From contig CAVZQN010000003.1 in NCBI GenBank assembly GCA_963777505.1, positions 64,001 through 128,000 on the forward strand: a stretch of DNA of 64,000 bases, read 5' to 3'. Position numbers and translations under genes: made by a program. Source of the DNA: an uncultured bacterium (GTDB lineage: Bacteria > Acidobacteriota > HRBIN11 > JAKEFK01). Below, in pieces: positions 58,726 through 64,000 of the stretch (position 1 is the first letter of the stretch; the number at the start of each line of letters is the position of its first letter). A model generated the notes under the pieces. That model saw only the letters and a program-made list of their open reading frames with translations. It had not been told where the DNA came from and made no database searches.

Positions 58726-59486
58726 GGTGCTGATTTGAGTGCGGGCAGTTTCGATTTGCGGCTTAAAACAAGAAGAGTTCCATCTTGAAGCACGACTTGA
58801 TAGGTTCTGCGGTAATTCCAGGGTTGAACACGTCTCACGCGCTCAATGTTAACAATTGTAGATCGATGAATTCGAACGAATTGCACCGGATCTAATTCCG
58901 CTTCAAGCGCTGAAATGCTGATCCTTAAAACAAGAGATTCTTTTCCAATATGGAGACGGACATATTTTCCATCCGCTTCAATCCAATCAAGTTCATCGCA
59001 TTTGATAAAATTTACAGTCCGTCCGGTTCGTATTGTTAAATGTTGTTGGCCGCGCCTAATCCCAATTGAAGGGACTTGACTCTTGATGCGTTCGGCTTCA
59101 CTGCGAGCGCGGTCTAACGCTTTCAAGAAGCGGCTTTCGCTCAAGGGTTTCACAAGATAGTCAACTGCTGAAACTTCAAAAGCGCGTGCAGCAAAATGAT
59201 CAAGACTACTAACAAAAATTGTAACCGGGCGATATTTTTCTGGAAGCGAATCCAATAGCGCAAATCCATCAATGCCCGGTGATTCGATTTCGCAAATTAA
59301 AATATCAGGTTTGAAGTCTCGCACCATTGAAATCGCTTCCATTCCATTTGCACATACTTCAATCTCTCGCGTGGAAGGTTCATTTGTTAAAGTTTCAATC
59401 ATTGTTTGCCGTAACACTGGATCGCTCTCAACGATAAGGAACCGAAGTTTCATATCTAAAGATTTATCTGTCATTGCGGCTCTCAT
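58707..59486 (-). CDS. LytTR-family regulator with atypical receiver (phosphoacceptor Asp replaced by Glu)
   Basis: IVESDP; ILICEIESP; YLVKP; FVRIHRSTIVN. Start at 59486 directly follows the msrA stop. Confidence 0.9.
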   Translation of the reverse strand: MRAAMTDKSLDMKLRFLIVESDPVLRQTMIETLTNEPSTREIEVCANGMEAISMVRDFKPDILICEIESPGIDGFALLDSLPEKYRPVTIFVSSLDHFAARAFEVSAVDYLVKPLSESRFLKALDRARSEAERIKSQVPSIGIRRGQQHLTIRTGRTVNFIKCDELDWIEADGKYVRLHIGKESLVLRISISALEAELDPVQFVRIHRSTIVNIERVRRVQPWNYRRTYQVVLQDGTLLVLSRKSKLPALKSAPSATLR

Positions 59487-59487
59487 A

Positions 59488-60036
59488 TTAATTTCCCCAC
59501 AATTCACGCAATTGACGATCCCGGCCGCATTGAATCTTATACTGTTTATAACGGCGAGCATTCTTTTTATAAAAATCCTGCTCGCTTTCTGCAACCGCAG
59601 AAAATTGCATTGCCGGGAAAATTGGCGTAACAATCTGCTTATTCAGGATTTTTTCAATTTTGAGTTTCGATTCTTCAGCCAGTATTTTTTGGCGGTCATC
59701 ATGATAGAAAATTGCGGAACGATATTTTGGGCCGCGATCGCAGAATTGACCATCCGGATTTGTTGGATCGATATTTTTCCAAAAGACTTCTAGTAATTTC
59801 TCGTACGAAATTGTTTCAGGATCATATACGATTTCCACAGCCTCGACACTTACTGTTTGTCCGGATGAACCAACCACTGAAAAACCCGTTGTCGTTGAGA
59901 GAACCCCATCCAACGTGTCAAAAGGTTCTTCCATGCACCAATAGCAACCTCCGGCAAAAGTTGCCTTCGCAGTTGTGGCCTGTGCCGAAACAATTTGAAA
60001 AGCAAGTAAAAAAACAACTAAGAATCTCAGGATCAT
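59488..60036 (-). CDS. msrA: Exported MsrA (second copy)
   Basis: Signal peptide; GGCYWC; GQFCDRG; CGRD. Confidence 0.88.
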   Translation of the reverse strand: MILRFLVVFLLAFQIVSAQATTAKATFAGGCYWCMEEPFDTLDGVLSTTTGFSVVGSSGQTVSVEAVEIVYDPETISYEKLLEVFWKNIDPTNPDGQFCDRGPKYRSAIFYHDDRQKILAEESKLKIEKILNKQIVTPIFPAMQFSAVAESEQDFYKKNARRYKQYKIQCGRDRQLRELWGN

Positions 60037-60149
60037 AAAGCGAACTCCTTCATCCATTACAAATTAATTGGCATTGAACAGCGGAACAATGGTTTTGCCG
60101 CGACCGGTTCGTTGCGTGGCGCAAGTTAGAGAAACACGCCGCATATGGG

Positions 60150-60623
60150 CTAAGAATATTTTCGTGTTGCAAGGGAGATGGGAAGTCCGACACAAAATAT
60201 ATGTATGGTCAAACCTACAAGAAGCCACGCAAAAGCGAATGAAGTTTTGTGGGGAAAAGCAGAAAGAGGTAACACGATCAATTGCATAAAGAAGTAAACA
60301 GCAATTCCGTAAAGGATGCCGCAAACAACGGCATGTTGCACAAGGAAATGTAACCTGCGACTTAAAATAAAAAAGACTGTAGCCGCACTGAACGCAATGA
60401 AGAAATGTAAAAAGACTCCCAGCGCCGCAGTAGCCAGATCGCCTTCATACGATTTCGCACCGAGAAGTCCACTTGCTATGGATTGCATGATCAGGACAGG
60501 ACTTCTACCTCGCAGCAATCCATAAACAATGATTGCCGCAGTCAAGTCCATCGCCCCGCACATCAAGCCGCCGATCAGAATTGCACGATTTGTTTTTGAA
60601 GCGATTGCTATATTCATTGCCAT
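60150..60623 (-). CDS. Four-TM membrane protein (DUF1440-like)
   Basis: QSIASGLLG; LGVFLHFFIA; HIFCVGLPI. Confidence 0.8.
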   Translation of the reverse strand: MAMNIAIASKTNRAILIGGLMCGAMDLTAAIIVYGLLRGRSPVLIMQSIASGLLGAKSYEGDLATAALGVFLHFFIAFSAATVFFILSRRLHFLVQHAVVCGILYGIAVYFFMQLIVLPLSAFPHKTSFAFAWLLVGLTIHIFCVGLPISLATRKYS

Positions 60624-60728
60624 TGCCGAAAGATACGTTACGCTTCTTCAACGAGCAATTGTTTTGGTGCAAGCGGTTTCTTTGCGTGCCCAAGTGCGAG
60701 AAAAATCGGGGAGAAAGGGAGGTGTCTG

Positions 60729-61532
60729 CTAACCCGACTCAGTGCGAACTTTTCGGACAGCACTCATCAGTTGTTGAACGCGTTCAAAGACTATCTGTTC
60801 GTGAGCGGCTTTACTATTTTTGAGGGAGGTTCCAACGATCGCGCCATCAGCATAACGGAATAAAGTGCCAACATTTTCCGGAGTTGTTCCGCTGCCAATC
60901 AAAATAGGAAAATCACCAGCCGCGTTACGGACTTCCGATAAACTAACCGGTGTAGGAGCTTCACCGGTTATATTGCCGCTCACGATCAAAGCATCGGATT
61001 CATGTGCAATCGCTTGATTTGCGGAAGTGCTCAAGCTTTTACCCGATTCCAGCAATTCACTGTGTTTCACCTGAATATCCGTTAATAAAGCAACATTTTG
61101 TGCGGAAATCTTTTTGCGATAAGCGGTAACAGCATCCGGTTCAGGATTGATAATGCCTGCAGCGATGCGAACCGTATCTACGAAAAAATCAAGACGGACA
61201 AATTGGCAGTCAGTTTCTTTTGCAATCGTAAGAGAAGCGCGCCAATCGTTTAAAAGCACTTGCACACCGACTGGAACTTTTGTTCGTTTGACTACTTCTC
61301 GCGCAATGTGTGTGATCACATCAACCATCTCATTTCCAACTGTTAACTGTTGAGGTTGATCGTAGTCATTCTCAATACAAACGCCATCCACTCCGCCATG
61401 TTGTAGAGTATCCAGATCATTGAGTGCACGCCGAGTCGCAGCATTAAGAAATTCTGGAGTTAATTCCAATGGAGGCAGTGCAATCATACCGATCACCGGT
61501 TTTGGATTGGGGAAAATTTTGCGAAACATCAT
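60729..61532 (-). CDS. BtpA/SgcQ family TIM-barrel protein
   Basis: PVIGMI.L.PL; IEND; DIQVKHS; IGSG; DGAIVGT. Confidence 0.9.
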   Translation of the reverse strand: MMFRKIFPNPKPVIGMIALPPLELTPEFLNAATRRALNDLDTLQHGGVDGVCIENDYDQPQQLTVGNEMVDVITHIAREVVKRTKVPVGVQVLLNDWRASLTIAKETDCQFVRLDFFVDTVRIAAGIINPEPDAVTAYRKKISAQNVALLTDIQVKHSELLESGKSLSTSANQAIAHESDALIVSGNITGEAPTPVSLSEVRNAAGDFPILIGSGTTPENVGTLFRYADGAIVGTSLKNSKAAHEQIVFERVQQLMSAVRKVRTESG

Positions 61533-61539
61533 TTATAGA

Positions 61540-62361
61540 TTATCCAATAGCACCATAGTGTTGAAGTACATTCGCTGCATGTTGTGCACCCTTTTGCAAT
61601 GCATGTGCGACGTTGCGCTCATTCCAGTATGAAACTGTAAAGGCTGCTTGAAATGCATCGCCGCATCCAGTGGAATCAACAACATTGGCTACCGTTAGCG
61701 ATGATTGATATAACGATTCACCTTGATAAAGGGCCATACTTCCTTCAGCGCCAAAAGTAACAACGATCAAACACTGGCTTGCTCGCGAAAGCGGACGCAA
61801 ACGTTCTGCCGTTGTAGGATCGCCACTAACAAATGCAATCGTTAATCGATCGATGACCTCTTCCAAAATCCGAGTATCCTTGTTGTAGTCAGATAGATCT
61901 AGAAAATCTGCAACTCTCCATCCATTGAATTCAGTAAAGTTTAACAATTGGAAAAAGAGCGGTTCCATTTGCTTGAACAAAGGTGACGCTAACAGATTGT
62001 GTTGTTGGAGAAAATCTAGATCATCGTTCTGAAGTTGATACCCTTCAAGTACACCTGACTGATAGCCACCGGACGGAAAGATCCTCTCGCCTCCTGCGCC
62101 AAGGGTTATGTTTTGTCGCGCAGTAGCGCCAGCTGCAGTCTTGACGTGAGTAGAATCGACGCCTTCTTTCGCGAGTGCATTCAGGATTCGCTGACTATGA
62201 TCGTTGCCGATGCGACTGACAAGCGATACATTTTCGGCTCCATTGCGTTTGCAATGAACGGCGAAGTTTAGAGAAATGCCGCCGACAAAATCCTGGTTCA
62301 GATCAAGATAGTCGTCAATCGTACATTCGCCAACAGAAACAATACGGAGTGACCCTTTCAC
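61540..62361 (-). CDS. PfkB-family sugar kinase (FrlD-like)
   Basis: VGECTID; GGISLNFAV; VDSTGCGDAF. Confidence 0.88.
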   Translation of the reverse strand: MKGSLRIVSVGECTIDDYLDLNQDFVGGISLNFAVHCKRNGAENVSLVSRIGNDHSQRILNALAKEGVDSTHVKTAAGATARQNITLGAGGERIFPSGGYQSGVLEGYQLQNDDLDFLQQHNLLASPLFKQMEPLFFQLLNFTEFNGWRVADFLDLSDYNKDTRILEEVIDRLTIAFVSGDPTTAERLRPLSRASQCLIVVTFGAEGSMALYQGESLYQSSLTVANVVDSTGCGDAFQAAFTVSYWNERNVAHALQKGAQHAANVLQHYGAIG

Positions 62362-62412
62362 TGTCGCGCATTATACCGTATAACATTTCTAGATCTCACG
62401 CAGGAGACATCT

Positions 62413-63093
62413 GTGGACTACACATTAAAAGACATAGCCCATTTAATCGATCACTCACTTTTAAATCCCATCCTTACCGCAGAACAACTTGAACAGGGAA
62501 TTCAAACGGCACTCAAGTATGAGGTCGCGAGTGTTTGTATTCTTCCTTATTACTTGAAACGTTGTGCACAGCTTTTAAAAGGAAGCACTGTAAAAAGCAG
62601 TACCACAATCGGCTTTCCACATGGCGGACAGACAATCGCGGTGAAAGTAGCTGAAGCACACCAGGCATTGGATGACGGCTGTGAAGAACTCGACTTTGTA
62701 GTAAACATCAGTCAGGTTCTCAGCGGAAATTGGGATTATGTACGCTCCGATATCAATGCTGTCATTGATGCAGCTCATGTTCGACAGCAAAAAGTAAAAA
62801 TTATTTTCGAGAATTGTTACTTAAATTACACGCAGAAAATGAGATTGTGCGAAATCTCCGGTGGATTAGAAGCTGATTGGGTAAAAACATCTACAGGTTT
62901 TGGCAGCGGAGGCGCAACCATCGAAGATGTAATACTCATGCGGAAGCACTCACCGCCCCATGTTCAAGTGAAAGCTGCCGGCGGAATTCGTGATCTCGAT
63001 ACAGTGCTTGCGTTTCGAGACCTCGGAGTGACCCGAATCGGCACTTCGCATACGCTAGAGATTTTAGAGGAATGCAAACGCAGACGTGGCTAA
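62413..63093 (+). CDS. deoC: Deoxyribose-phosphate aldolase
   Basis: IDHSLL; IGFPHG; KIIFE; VKTSTGF; KAAGGIR; RIGTS. Confidence 0.94.
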   Translation: MDYTLKDIAHLIDHSLLNPILTAEQLEQGIQTALKYEVASVCILPYYLKRCAQLLKGSTVKSSTTIGFPHGGQTIAVKVAEAHQALDDGCEELDFVVNISQVLSGNWDYVRSDINAVIDAAHVRQQKVKIIFENCYLNYTQKMRLCEISGGLEADWVKTSTGFGSGGATIEDVILMRKHSPPHVQVKAAGGIRDLDTVLAFRDLGVTRIGTSHTLEILEECKRRRG

Positions 63094-63131
63094 TCCTTCT
63101 CCGTTCTCTATATTAATTTGTGGAGAACATT

Positions 63132-64000
63132 ATGATTTATCGCACTTTTCTGATTTGTATTCTTATTTTTCTTTTTAATGGAATTGCTGAATCTGCGCCG
63201 CTTCAAAAGATAACAGTTCCGAATGCTGCCTCCAGACAAGCTGTTTGCAATGATGGAACTCCTGCAGTGTATTACTTCCGACAGGGATCAGGATCTGGCG
63301 CAAACAACTGGGTAATTTTTATGTCAGGGGGCGGATTGTGCTTTTCCGTAGAAAGCTGCAATGAACGCAATGTGCAATTTCCAGAGCTGATGACATCGCG
63401 TGGCAAACCTTCGACTTTTGTCGGAAACGGGATACTGTCCGATGTATCTTCGCAGAATCCGGATTTTTTTAACGCGAATCATGTTGCTATTCCTTATTGC
63501 AGCTCGGATTTGTGGAGCGGGGATCGTGAGCAAAGTGGAGCAACTGGCGGATTTGAATTTCGCGGAATGAAAATTGTTCGCGCGATCGTCAATGATCTAC
63601 GAAATAAGTCAGGCAATAATCTTACTTCCGCCAACCGAATCCTTTTAACCGGAACTTCCGCGGGAGGGATCGGCGCAATGGTGCATCTTGATTGGCTGGC
63701 CGCACAGTTTCCATCGAAGGAAGTGAAAGGTTCCAACGATGCAGGCTGGACCCCAGCACAAGCGCTTTCGTTACCAATTCCAGGATCCGTATTTCCAGTA
63801 CAACAAGCTTTGCAATTATGGAACGGAAAACCAGATGCTAGCTGCGCTCAAGCAAACTCCAATGCTAAACATTTATGTTACTCCTCAGGCGTCTATCCAT
63901 TTTTGAATGCGCCGTTAATGGTTCAAATGTCGCAGTATGATCCGATATTTCTTTCTGGACTCGGAGTGAGATTTCCATTCAATCCTGCCGAAAAAGCGAT
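63132..64000 (+). CDS. Secreted pectinacetylesterase/Notum-family esterase, 3'-truncated
   Basis: Missing from the ORF track; manually translated and open to the edge. Motifs: AVCNDGTPAVYY, GGGLC, NPDFFNANHVAIPYCSSDLWSG, GTSAGG, DAGW, QYD. Confidence 0.9.
   Translation, partial: MIYRTFLICILIFLFNGIAESAPLQKITVPNAASRQAVCNDGTPAVYYFRQGSGSGANNWVIFMSGGGLCFSVESCNERNVQFPELMTSRGKPSTFVGNGILSDVSSQNPDFFNANHVAIPYCSSDLWSGDREQSGATGGFEFRGMKIVRAIVNDLRNKSGNNLTSANRILLTGTSAGGIGAMVHLDWLAAQFPSKEVKGSNDAGWTPAQALSLPIPGSVFPVQQALQLWNGKPDASCAQANSNAKHLCYSSGVYPFLNAPLMVQMSQYDPIFLSGLGVRFPFNPAEKA

Overview
Gene-dense, moderately AT-rich bacterial chromosomal segment with about 60 CDSs. The Oar-type TonB-dependent receptor, FG-GAP/ASPIC protein and many exported hydrolases suggest an Acidobacteriota-like organism (inference only). 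Recognisable genes include pntA plus a fused pntA2-pntB, sodC, a stand-alone pyrB, two msrA, bcp, ada, deoC and a YtrA/ABC operon. There are also three GT-C-like membrane proteins and a tRNA-Ile(GAT)/tRNA-Ala(TGC) pair with no flanking rRNA. No CRISPR array, integrase, transposase or prophage was seen. The best candidate for an undescribed system is the minus-strand locus at 52.3-60.7 kb. It encodes a LytS-type histidine kinase made of two tandem sensor-kinase modules, the first of which has lost its H, N and G boxes. It also has one canonical LytTR regulator, one Asp-to-Glu LytTR pseudo-receiver, and a TonB-dependent receptor behind a sigma54-type promoter. Intergenic DNA carries at least four families of short dispersed or palindromic repeats, with no mobilising enzyme in the window. 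Four genes and one gene fragment have single-base frameshifts, probably assembly errors. All product calls come from motif recognition by eye, not database searches.
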